A stretch of 63,088 bases of DNA, the filler included. It is 6 parts of 6 records of this genome, joined end to end, with 100 filler letters (N's around TTAATTAATTAA, not from the genome) between each part and the next. Parts side by side here need not be neighbours in the genome. Positions count along the whole stretch, not along the records: positions 1 to 11,781 come from SRR31156797_19946; positions 11,882 to 25,048 come from SRR31156797_19961; 4 more parts are not named here. One strand, written 5' to 3'. Shown piece by piece: positions 10,129 through 19,190 of the stretch. Below the pieces are notes generated by a model. It made no database searches, had not been told where the DNA came from, and saw nothing but the letters and a program-made list of their open reading frames with translations. Position 1 is the stretch's first letter. Each line of letters starts with the position of its first letter. A program made the translations under genes and the position numbers.

Positions 10129-10898
10129 AGCTTAGGATAAAGGATTTGGCGTTCAGCTATGGAGACTCCCCTGTTCTCAAGGAGATACTTCTGGAGCTTT
10201 CCAAAGCAGAGGTGCTGGGTGTTGTTGGGCCAAACGGTTCGGGCAAATCCACCCTGATCAGATGCATTGACCGGATCCTGAAACCCCAGAAGGGAAGCAT
10301 ACATCTGGACCAAAAGGAGATGAAGCACATGGACCGGATGGAGATTGCCAAGCGGCTGGGATATGTGCCCCAGAATGCGCCGAGAACCTTTCCGGTCACA
10401 GTGTTTGATACCGTTCTCATGGGCAGACGTCCTCACCTGGGCTGGTACTCCGGTGAAAAGGATAGAAAAAAGGTGGTTGAGGCCTTGAAGCGCCTGGGAA
10501 TTGACCATATGGCACTCAGGGATTTTAACGAGCTCAGCGGAGGGGAACAGCAACGGGTTCTGATTGCCAGGGCACTGGCCCAGGAAGCCGATGTCCTTCT
10601 CCTTGACGAACCCACAAGCAATCTGGATATCCGACATCAGTTAGAGGTGATGGATATTATGAGAACCCTGGTGGTGGAAAAAGGGCTGTCTGCCATTATT
10701 GCCATTCACGATCTGAATCTGGCATCAAGATATGCGGACAGGGTGATCATGATGAACAAAGGAAGGGTCTTTGCCTCCGGAGATCCGATTTCCGTATTCA
10801 CGCCCCGGAACATCGCCCATGTCTATGGGGTGGAGGCTGTGGTGAAACATGAGAACGGAGCGCTTTATATCCTGCCCCAAAGACCGGTTGTTAATTAA
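10125..10898 (+). CDS. Iron-siderophore/cobalamin ABC transporter ATP-binding protein
   Basis: Walker A GPNGSGKST, signature LSGGEQQRV, Walker B LLLDEPTSNLD, HDLNLA; TTG start overlaps the permease stop. Confidence 0.93.
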   Translation: MKLRIKDLAFSYGDSPVLKEILLELSKAEVLGVVGPNGSGKSTLIRCIDRILKPQKGSIHLDQKEMKHMDRMEIAKRLGYVPQNAPRTFPVTVFDTVLMGRRPHLGWYSGEKDRKKVVEALKRLGIDHMALRDFNELSGGEQQRVLIARALAQEADVLLLDEPTSNLDIRHQLEVMDIMRTLVVEKGLSAIIAIHDLNLASRYADRVIMMNKGRVFASGDPISVFTPRNIAHVYGVEAVVKHENGALYILPQRPVVN

Positions 10899-10930
10899 TC
10901 GGGATATTTCAATTAACAAAAGGAGAAACC

Positions 10931-11323
10931 ATGTCTGAAATCAAGAAAAACGGTACCATGAGCCTGATAGAGAATATTAAAAAACTCAAATATTATCCCA
11001 CGGGTGTGGAAGGTGATGTGGCTCCTTTGCTGTTTGGCGACCATCTCACCAGCCATGCCATGATCATTCCTCCTGGGTTCTATCCTCCCCATGCCCATCC
11101 CATGGAACTGCTCCTTATCTGTGTTAAGGGGGGCTGCGATATTTTTCAGGGGGATGGCAGGGTAAGGGACAAAATGGTTCCCATGAGCGTGGCACTGATC
11201 CCGGCTGATGAGGAAATCGGCCAAGAAATATGCGGACCCGAGCCCTGCGAACTTATCGTTGTTGTGGCCCCTAAAAAAATGACCCGTGAAGCGTTTATCG
11301 CAAGATTTGAGGGGCAGGAATAG
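10931..11323 (+). CDS. Cupin-domain protein
   Basis: PPG..PPHAHP.E..I.V.GG cupin motif 1; AGGAG RBS; motif 2 His appears absent (IPADEEIG). Confidence 0.75.
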   Translation: MSEIKKNGTMSLIENIKKLKYYPTGVEGDVAPLLFGDHLTSHAMIIPPGFYPPHAHPMELLLICVKGGCDIFQGDGRVRDKMVPMSVALIPADEEIGQEICGPEPCELIVVVAPKKMTREAFIARFEGQE

Positions 11324-11449
11324 GCGGGTATCCTATAAACAGGCAGCTGCGGCAGGATATGAACAGCAATGTATGAAGTCTGCCAGCGCAACGACATTAT
11401 TGTCTGTTGAACTTTAATGAATGATTTAAATGAGAAAGGGAGAACATAA

Positions 11450-11781
11450 ATGAAGTGGATGAAGTACCGCACACCTGTATTGACGGCAATTTTCTTTTTT
11501 ATCTGTCTGGGGCAGGTTTGGGCCCAGGAGATAAAAAAAGCAACAGATACCCCGGATCAGGTCCAGCAGATGGAGGAATTGGTGGTGGAGGAAAAGGCCG
11601 GCGCCCCGGGCTATGAAACCACCCCCGCAAAGACGGTCATTGAACTGGATAAAATCGATTTCATCGGCCCGCCCAATTCTGTGCTGGATGCGTTTAAAAC
11701 CCAGGCCATGATTGATTTCAGAGGGACCTCCGACCTGGATCCCGGGGTGGACAGCGTCTATTTTAACGGGTTCAGTTCAAA
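11450..11781 (+). CDS. TonB-dependent receptor, N-terminal fragment (truncated at contig end)
   Basis: Signal peptide (VWA-Q), TonB-box-like EELVVEE, start of a plug-like region. Confidence 0.6.
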
Positions 11782-11881
11782 NNNNNNNNNNNNNNNNNNN
11801 NNNNNNNNNNNNNNNNNNNNNNNNNTTAATTAATTAANNNNNNNNNNNNNNNNNNNNNNNNNNNNNNNNNNNNNNNNNNNN
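11782..11881. other. Artificial contig spacer
   Basis: N44-TTAATTAATTAA-N44; stops in all six frames. Confidence 0.98.
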
Positions 11882-12017
11882 GGTGATATATCAGGTCGGC
11901 CCATGGCCGTTTATTTGATGTGTGATCCCTTTGAAACGGCCCGGTTTCTACGGGATCATAAACTCTATTTTAGATGCCGACGAATTGATAGGTGCATTGG
12001 ATTAGGATAGGAATTTC

Positions 12018-13634
12018 ATGAAAAAAATCAGAGTGGTTTTAACCCTTCCGGCCCAGATCGATTATCTTCCTGTGACCCACACCACAGTCAAGGTGTTTGC
12101 AGAAAAATGCGGGTTTGAGGAATCCAAAGCAGATTCAATTTCTTTGGCATTGGAGGAGGCATTTACCCATACTTTGGAAATGGGATATAAGGGGGTCAAA
12201 GATGAATTAAAGATTACCCTTTCATCAACAAGTATGGGACTTAAAATAGTGATCCAATCCAAGGGATTGCCACTGAATCCGGACCATCTCCCCGAATACA
12301 ACCCCAAGAATGCTTTAAAAAGTCAAGATACAAGCGGCCTTAGCTTTCTTCTCGTTAAAAAACTTATGGACAAGGTTTCTTTTTCTGTTCTTCCAAACGG
12401 AAAACGGCAGCTGACAATGCTCAAACACCTTCCCCTGGCTGGCACCGACAAGGAGATATATGGGGAAAAAGCCTGTAAAAAAAAGGCAGATACAGATGCG
12501 GCAGTCAAGGCCATGCCCAAGGTTTGCCACCACATCCGCCTGGCTGTGCCTGAAGATGCAGAAGATATCGCCAGAATCGCCATGCTGTCCCATGGCTCGA
12601 TCCTCTTCCACGAAGATATCTATTATCCGAAAAGGGTAAGGGAGATGATCCAGTCAAAGCAAATGGTCTCTGCTGTAGCGGTTACAGACAACAACATTCT
12701 TTTCGGCCATGGGGCTCTGGTCTCCCCGGATCCGGAAAGTTTGGTGGAAGAGCAGACCTACGGATTTATAAACCCTGAATTTCGAAGCATGGGCGCTTTG
12801 TCTGATATTGCCCTGTTTCTAATGGATAATGCCCGCACCAGGGGGGTGTATGCGATTCAGGCCCTGTCTGTTACCAGCCACATCCATTCCCAGAAAGCCA
12901 TTCTTAAATACGGGTTCATTGAAACAGCACTCTTGTTGGCCACCAGTGCCGGCGCCAGCAAGTGGAGAGAAAACAATACCCAAGCGCCGGACCGTATAGG
13001 GAACCTGCTCCAGGTAAACTATTTGGGAAGCTTAAAAACACCCACCCTTTTTGCACCGGTCCGGCACCAGAACATCATCCAGGAGATCTACAATCAGATT
13101 GACCAAAAGATTCTCGTCTCAACCCGGGAGGAAGAACCGGTTATAACCGTCAATGAATCAAAAATATCCAGTAAATCAGATCTAATGGAAGGGTGGTCAT
13201 TGATCTGCGTTCTTGAATATGGAAAAGATGTGGAGGAGCGGATCGATAAACTGGTTTGCGAAGCTATAACCCTTGACCTGCCTTCCATTCAACTGCTTTT
13301 ACCCCTGGATAGTCCTGCCACCCCATTTTTTACACCCAAATTTGAAACCAGGGGATTCTTTTTTGCAGGTGTGGGGCCGGGGGATGATACAAAGGAATAT
13401 CTGGCCCTTCAATATATCAACTGGGAAGATCCGGGATATGATTCTCTCCATGTCGTGGAGGGGATGGGACAAAAAATAAAAACTTATGTTATCGACTGCG
13501 GGAAAAATGCGATAAAACCTTATACAGCATGCAGCCGACAATGTGATCAACTCTGCCGGAGGAATGGCAAGGAAAATGAAATGGAATTCGAAAAAACAAT
13601 AGAAGAACAGCATAAAAACAATGGGTATAATTAA
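12018..13634 (+). CDS. RsbW-like HATPase_c (anti-sigma kinase) domain fused to a GNAT-like domain
   Basis: N-terminal LALEEAFTH...SKGLP...GLSFLLVKKLMDKVSF; then IRLAVPEDAEDIA, GFINPEFRSMG, HIHSQKA...GF acetyltransferase-like motifs. Confidence 0.7.
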   Translation: MKKIRVVLTLPAQIDYLPVTHTTVKVFAEKCGFEESKADSISLALEEAFTHTLEMGYKGVKDELKITLSSTSMGLKIVIQSKGLPLNPDHLPEYNPKNALKSQDTSGLSFLLVKKLMDKVSFSVLPNGKRQLTMLKHLPLAGTDKEIYGEKACKKKADTDAAVKAMPKVCHHIRLAVPEDAEDIARIAMLSHGSILFHEDIYYPKRVREMIQSKQMVSAVAVTDNNILFGHGALVSPDPESLVEEQTYGFINPEFRSMGALSDIALFLMDNARTRGVYAIQALSVTSHIHSQKAILKYGFIETALLLATSAGASKWRENNTQAPDRIGNLLQVNYLGSLKTPTLFAPVRHQNIIQEIYNQIDQKILVSTREEEPVITVNESKISSKSDLMEGWSLICVLEYGKDVEERIDKLVCEAITLDLPSIQLLLPLDSPATPFFTPKFETRGFFFAGVGPGDDTKEYLALQYINWEDPGYDSLHVVEGMGQKIKTYVIDCGKNAIKPYTACSRQCDQLCRRNGKENEMEFEKTIEEQHKNNGYN

Positions 13635-13950
13635 AGTTCTTAACAATGCAATGATAAGGGATGACATCGGGCATGATAACAGGGTTTTCACCCAATAGTT
13701 TCACCGTCACCTCAGGAAAAACCAGAACCGGAATGGAGACAAAGTAACCAGTATGAACCATATCGAAATTGATATTAAACTGGAGGCAAGTTGCATGATA
13801 TTGCGCTGTCGGCACCATGGATAATGTTTTCATTCATAATGAATTGTGGTAATGACTATATGCTTTGGGGAACAAGCGTCGGGCGCAGGCAGGGCACAGG
13901 ATTCGGCAGAAGCGTTCGAAAAATTATCAGAAGCGTAAAGGATACTGTGA

Positions 13951-14205
13951 ATGGATCGAGAAGAAATACAGACCACCATTATTAATTTTATTGAAACCAG
14001 TTTTGAAATGTCCGATGTCGGGCTTGACGATGACCTTAATGCCGTCCACGGTTTTGACAGTATTGATGCCATAGAGTTGCTCCGGGAAATTGAGACATTG
14101 ATGAAAACCAAACTGACCCGGGATGAGGAAGAGGCCGCCATGACCATTCGCACCGTCAGTCAGATCGTTGATTTTATTGAAAAGGCCATGGCTGACAGGG
14201 CATAA
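13951..14205 (+). CDS. Acyl carrier protein
   Basis: 84 aa, acidic, GFDSIDAIEL phosphopantetheine motif, TIRTVSQIVDFI. Confidence 0.88.
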   Translation: MDREEIQTTIINFIETSFEMSDVGLDDDLNAVHGFDSIDAIELLREIETLMKTKLTRDEEEAAMTIRTVSQIVDFIEKAMADRA

Positions 14206-14270
14206 GGCTCCCTGGATGTCTGACGTTATATCCTGATGCATTAAATTTTTGAAACGGTGATTGAATACTT

Positions 14271-15518
14271 ATGGAAAGACGGGTTGTCATAACCGGATGC
14301 TCAGCCATAACGCCCATTGGCTGCAGCAAGGCGGATATCCTTAAAAACCTTGAGTGCGGCATATCGGGTGTGGGTTGCATCAGGGATGATGAACTTCTGG
14401 TTGAGCAGTTGAATACCAGTGTGTTTGGCACGGTGGACGAGGACCTGGCCTACGATTTCCCAAGAAAATATCGTAAAACCATGGGGCCGGTCTCCTTTGC
14501 TGCCTGCAGGGTTGTGGATGACGTCATCCAACAATCCGGGCTTGACAGGTCATTTCTCTCTTCGGGCAGAGCCGGGGTTGCCTTTGGATCCTCCCACGGC
14601 TCCACCGCTGTGCTTAAAAAAGTGTACCAGGCCTGCTTTAATGCACAATCCACCGATATGTTTTCCCTTTCAGCTGCAGATTATCTCAAATCAATGGTCC
14701 ATACCACCGCCGTCAACATTACCCGGATGTTTGGCATAACAGGGCGGGTCATCAGTTCACCATCCGCTTGCACCACCAGCAGTCAGTCCATCGGATTCGG
14801 TTATGAGATGATTAAATTCGGTGTTCAGGACGCTATGATATGCGGCGGTTCCGAAGAGTACGATACCACCACGGTGGCGGTTTTTGATAACCTTTTGGCC
14901 TGTTCCACCCATTATAATGATACCCCGCATAAGACGCCCCGGCCCTTTGATGCCGAACGTGACGGTCTGGTGGTGGGGGAGGGGGCCGGCGCGGTCATGC
15001 TCGAGGAACTTGAGGCCGCCAGAAAACGGGGTGCGACAATTCTTGGGGAGGTGGCCGGGTTTGCCACCAATAATAACGGGGGTAACCTCATTATGCCTGA
15101 TCTTGCCGGGGTCACCCAGGTGCTTAAAATGGGCCTTGAAAATGCGCAGATTCCTGCGGACCAGATCGATTTTATCAGTGCCCACGCCACGGCCACACGT
15201 ATCGGGGACGTGATCGAGGCCCGGGCCATTAATAATGTCTATGGGAAAAAACCATGGGTCAGCGGATTGAAAAGTTACATGGGGCACACCATTGCAGCCT
15301 GCGGTGTCATCGAAACCATTCTCACACTGTATATGATGGAAAAAGGCTTTATTGTCCCCACACTCAACTTGGATCAGGTGGATGACCGCTGCGCTATGAT
15401 CCATCATACCCCCCGGCTATTGGAGACAAAAATCCGATGTGCCGTTGTCCAGAATTTTGCCTTTGGCGGTATTAACACCAGCCTGATTCTTAAGAAATTC
15501 TCCTACAACGAGGTTTAA
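14271..15518 (+). CDS. Beta-ketoacyl-ACP synthase (FabF/KAS II-like, probably a specialised-lipid type)
   Basis: RRVVITG, SACTTS catalytic Cys, RPFDAERDGLVVGEGAG, HATAT, KSYMGH, NFAFGGIN. Confidence 0.9.
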   Translation: MERRVVITGCSAITPIGCSKADILKNLECGISGVGCIRDDELLVEQLNTSVFGTVDEDLAYDFPRKYRKTMGPVSFAACRVVDDVIQQSGLDRSFLSSGRAGVAFGSSHGSTAVLKKVYQACFNAQSTDMFSLSAADYLKSMVHTTAVNITRMFGITGRVISSPSACTTSSQSIGFGYEMIKFGVQDAMICGGSEEYDTTTVAVFDNLLACSTHYNDTPHKTPRPFDAERDGLVVGEGAGAVMLEELEAARKRGATILGEVAGFATNNNGGNLIMPDLAGVTQVLKMGLENAQIPADQIDFISAHATATRIGDVIEARAINNVYGKKPWVSGLKSYMGHTIAACGVIETILTLYMMEKGFIVPTLNLDQVDDRCAMIHHTPRLLETKIRCAVVQNFAFGGINTSLILKKFSYNEV

Positions 15519-15525
15519 GCTCTAT

Positions 15526-16560
15526 CTAATATTTCCGGCTGGATTGGCGTTTTTTCATGGCTTTAATCTCATACATGCGTTTGTCCGCGATTTTAACCAT
15601 GTCAGGGGGCTCTTTAATACCGGGGTCCAGGATATTTGAAATACCGTGGCTGAGCCGGATAAAATGATCTTTTTTTCCGTCGTTCAGCGGGGTTGTATCC
15701 AGGTAGTGCTTGACCCGGCGGACATAGGATTCTGCCTGGGAGGTATTGCTTGACGGCAGGATGACGATGAATTCATCTCCGGCGAACCGTGCCACGATAT
15801 CGGACTGCCGTTTTTTGGAGGTCAAGGCCCCGGCCAACGCACACAGGATCTGGTCGCCAATATCGTGGCCTGCCGTATCGTTGATAGCTTTAAAATCGTC
15901 CAGATCCAGAAAGATGACGGATAGATCTGTTCCGTAACGTTTTGCCCTTGAAAATTCCCGTTTCAGAACCCGTTTCATCACTCCCCGGTTCAGCAAACCG
16001 GTCAGGGGGTCGTGAAAGGCTAAAAATTTAAGTTGTTCATGGGCAGTGACATTGGACAGGCACAAGGATACCTTGAGGGCCAGCTGTTCCAAAAGGCAGG
16101 TGTCAATACCGGGTTCAAAACGCTTGGGATCCGGATCTGCCTGGTTGATACTGCCCACAATCTCGCCGTCCAGGGAGATGGGGGCAATGGAGATGGAGCC
16201 GATATCCTGGTCCAGGGTTGGTGGAATAATTTTTTTGTAAGCTGAAAGACCGGTGTTGGCCAGCAGGGGCTTTGGGGTTTTCACGATGGATGAAAATACC
16301 TGCTGGGACACATTGACCATGGACGAGGCAAGTTCCCGGGACTCTTGGTTGGCTTCCAACTGTCGGGCCAACCGTCCTTCTGAAATCATGGCCACCCAGA
16401 TATGGGGGATGGAAAACTTATCCGATATTTCAGTGAGGAGCCTGTCAAAGAAATTATGGAAATCAAGGATAGAGAGAATGCTGGCCTCAATATCGTTGAA
16501 CTTTCGCGCTATCTCTTCGTTTTTTTTTAACCGGTCTAAAAGTGCCTTGGGTATTTCCAT
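15526..16560 (-). CDS. GAF(DUF484-like)-GGDEF diguanylate cyclase
   Basis: HDPLTGLLNR, FLDLDDFKAINDTAGHDIGD, RQSD I-site, RFAGDEF. Confidence 0.88.
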   Translation of the reverse strand: MEIPKALLDRLKKNEEIARKFNDIEASILSILDFHNFFDRLLTEISDKFSIPHIWVAMISEGRLARQLEANQESRELASSMVNVSQQVFSSIVKTPKPLLANTGLSAYKKIIPPTLDQDIGSISIAPISLDGEIVGSINQADPDPKRFEPGIDTCLLEQLALKVSLCLSNVTAHEQLKFLAFHDPLTGLLNRGVMKRVLKREFSRAKRYGTDLSVIFLDLDDFKAINDTAGHDIGDQILCALAGALTSKKRQSDIVARFAGDEFIVILPSSNTSQAESYVRRVKHYLDTTPLNDGKKDHFIRLSHGISNILDPGIKEPPDMVKIADKRMYEIKAMKKRQSSRKY

Positions 16561-16750
16561 ATTTTTGTCCTGTGTCGGTCAGCTTCGCAGCTCTGCCTAA
16601 TTTTCACCACTATCTCCTTAAATGGCATGGACCATAAAGTCAATACATTAGTATTCTTCGTTTATCGGCAGGTGTGCCGGTTCAAGTGAAAAATAATACA
16701 ACCGAATGCCCGGGTAAGATATGAAGGCAATTCCCCAAGCTCCCTGGCCC

Positions 16751-17731
16751 TTAAAGGTCGTCGCCGCCGCTTACCCGGTCGCGCCCCTGGTCTTTGGAGA
16801 GGTAAAGTGCCTGGTCCGCAATTTTCATTACGCCATCAAAGGTGTCGCCGTGGGCCGGGAATGCTGCGACTCCGAAGGAGGCCGTTAAGGGACCCAATTT
16901 CTGCCCCTTCCATTCAATTTCAATGGTTTTGATTCCTTGTCTAAGCTGTTCTGCCCGCAGGAGGTGGTCTGAATATTCCCCCGCGGTGAGGAGGATAAAA
17001 AATTCCTCTCCGCCAAACCGGCAGACCACATCTCCGGCTCTAACCTCAGTCTTAAGCACACCGGCGACCCTGCGCAGCACCTCATCTCCGGCATCATGTC
17101 CAAACCGGTCATTCACCCGTTTAAAATAATCAATATCCACCATAATCATCCCAAGGCTCATTTTGGATCGGGAGGCTTTTTTAATTTCACGGGCCGCGAC
17201 ATCCACCATATAACGCCGGTTGTAAAGGTTGGTTAAAGGATCGTGTATGGTCATGTCCCGAAGTTTTCTTTTAAGGCGGATATTGGATATGGCCATGGAG
17301 AGGTATTCGGTGGTAATAAAGGCAAGCCCTTTGGATTCCGAAGAGAGGGGGAGGTCATTTCCCTTGAGGCAAAAAAGGCCGAAGGCGTCCTGATCTTGGC
17401 GGAAGGGGGTGCATAACCCCCTGCATCCGCAGCCGGCACAGGCTTTTTTTTGAGATTCAAAGCCGTCCACAGCGTTTCCGTGCAGGAATGCAGGACAGTC
17501 TTTTAGCGGGATTGTTTCTTGGGTGTTCTCTTCTTCGGGCCAGGCAAAGGCGGAGAGGACTTTTCCGGAGGTCTCATCGTTCAGAAAAACCCGCCCCATG
17601 GTATTGGGAAAAAGCCGGGGCAGATACCAGTAAATGACCTCAATTATTTCGTCTTCTCCGTCACAACTTTGAAGCAGCATGGCCAGCCCGGATAGGAGCA
17701 TCAATTTGTCGGAATCTTGATTTGAATTCAC
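16751..17731 (-). CDS. GAF-like sensor diguanylate cyclase
   Basis: HDPLTNLYNRR, DIDYFKRVNDRFGHDAGD, RAGD I-site, RFGGEEF. Confidence 0.92.
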   Translation of the reverse strand: MNSNQDSDKLMLLSGLAMLLQSCDGEDEIIEVIYWYLPRLFPNTMGRVFLNDETSGKVLSAFAWPEEENTQETIPLKDCPAFLHGNAVDGFESQKKACAGCGCRGLCTPFRQDQDAFGLFCLKGNDLPLSSESKGLAFITTEYLSMAISNIRLKRKLRDMTIHDPLTNLYNRRYMVDVAAREIKKASRSKMSLGMIMVDIDYFKRVNDRFGHDAGDEVLRRVAGVLKTEVRAGDVVCRFGGEEFFILLTAGEYSDHLLRAEQLRQGIKTIEIEWKGQKLGPLTASFGVAAFPAHGDTFDGVMKIADQALYLSKDQGRDRVSGGDDL

Positions 17732-17743
17732 TTTTTTTAAAGC

Positions 17744-18142
17744 CTATAAGACCAAATGTAACACATTATTTCCTGCCGTTCTAAAATAACGGACCTCCCT
17801 GGACAGCTGCCGGATGAAAAAGATCCCCAGGCCTCCTGGGTCCCTCTCGTCCAAAGGCGCATCCACATCAGGACCCGTGGCTTCAAGGGGATTGAATTGA
17901 CGACCATTGTCCCGAATTTCAACCTCAAGGTCTTTACCTTTAACATCAACATCCACTGTAATAAATCCGTTTTCAACATCCGGGAATGCGTAATTGACAA
18001 TATTGATAACAGCTTCTTCCAGAATCAATTCTATCTGACCGATCTTCTCCGGGGTTTTGTAATCTTCAGGCAGAAGGCCTGACACATAGTCCTGAATTTT
18101 TCGGACGGCCTCAAGCTCGGGTAAAAATGTTTTTGTATTCAT
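17744..18142 (-). CDS. Anti-sigma-factor-type Ser/Thr kinase (RsbW/SpoIIAB-like)
   Basis: LILEEAVINIVNYA, IRDNGRQFNPL, PGGLGIFFIRQL; start reassigned to ATG 18142. Confidence 0.9.
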   Translation of the reverse strand: MNTKTFLPELEAVRKIQDYVSGLLPEDYKTPEKIGQIELILEEAVINIVNYAFPDVENGFITVDVDVKGKDLEVEIRDNGRQFNPLEATGPDVDAPLDERDPGGLGIFFIRQLSREVRYFRTAGNNVLHLVL

Positions 18143-18149
18143 TGGATTT

Positions 18150-19190
18150 TCAGTCTTCATAAAAATTTGCGGTTGCCCGGCCAAAGGCTTCATATACAGC
18201 CGGTAATTCCATATGTCTGGCCTTAAGCAATGAGTTGCGTATGGCAACAATATACTGGCTGTTGCCCTGGATGGGAATGGCGCCTGCCCGTATATCTTCT
18301 TCCAGGATCTTCTGGGCCATTTTAGCCGCGGTTTCACCCTGCTCAAAGGGGGACACCCCAATGGAAATCATGGCCCCGTCCTCTACGTTGAATGCATTGA
18401 TTCCAATGACCGGGGGCAGGGAATTTTTTTCAGTCCAGGCCATGACCATTTTGGGATCTGCATAGGCTTTATTTTCATCGGAAAGGGGAAGCCTGCGGTA
18501 ATTGGCAACAATAAAATAATCCACACGATGGGCGTTTGCCTCAATGACTAACTTCCAGTTTTCAAAATTATCCGCAACAATAGACCCCTTAAAACGGATG
18601 GGGTCCCAGTCAAATTCATCAATCACATGACGCCCCTTTTGAAGTGATGAAGAGGTGTCCAGAATATACAGCATCCCGGGGTTGGCCCTGGGGGCCTTTT
18701 TTCTGCTTTCAAAGGCAAGAAGCGTTTCCCTTACGGCATTCAATTGTTTGCGCTCATAAATCCCGGTAACATTTGCTGCCCCTTCATACCCGTAAGGTTC
18801 AATGGATCCGTTCACGCCGGCAAAAACAATTTCCATATCTGGATCGTTGACAAAATACTTGCCGGCAAGGGACTGGGCAAAGTCATCCACCGCGATCAAC
18901 ACCTTGGGGCGGGTCCTGCGAATGGCTTTTCGGGCGATGATTCCGGCTCGTTCCAGCCATTCTTTTCCCACATGCTTTTTGGTGGACATATAGTGCCAGG
19001 TCACGGAATACCCGTTCCATTTATCGATGATCCTTCTTAGGCCTGCATCCACATCCCGGGTCCAGGCATAACCGGGTTCATAACTCTGGATGATCATCAC
19101 CCGGGGTTTAGAAACATTGTACACCACGGCCGTTACCAGGATTCCTGCCAAAAATACAAGGCATAAAAAAGGGCCGGTTTTTTTCATCAC
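18150..19190 (-). CDS. Membrane-anchored ABC_sub_bind-type periplasmic binding protein
   Basis: N-terminal TM; IIQSYEPGYAWT, PKVLIAVDD.A, IVFAGVN, EQGETAAKMA..IL. Confidence 0.75.
   Translation of the reverse strand: MMKKTGPFLCLVFLAGILVTAVVYNVSKPRVMIIQSYEPGYAWTRDVDAGLRRIIDKWNGYSVTWHYMSTKKHVGKEWLERAGIIARKAIRRTRPKVLIAVDDFAQSLAGKYFVNDPDMEIVFAGVNGSIEPYGYEGAANVTGIYERKQLNAVRETLLAFESRKKAPRANPGMLYILDTSSSLQKGRHVIDEFDWDPIRFKGSIVADNFENWKLVIEANAHRVDYFIVANYRRLPLSDENKAYADPKMVMAWTEKNSLPPVIGINAFNVEDGAMISIGVSPFEQGETAAKMAQKILEEDIRAGAIPIQGNSQYIVAIRNSLLKARHMELPAVYEAFGRATANFYED

Noticed and set aside
11826-11837. TTAATTAATTAA repeated five times as a biological repeat
   Set aside because: Always centred in N runs; an artificial all-frame stop linker. 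ORFs running into X residues are artefacts
13635-13950. Possible gene remnants or short ORFs between the GNAT fusion and ACP
   Set aside because: No recognisable motif in any frame; cannot support a call
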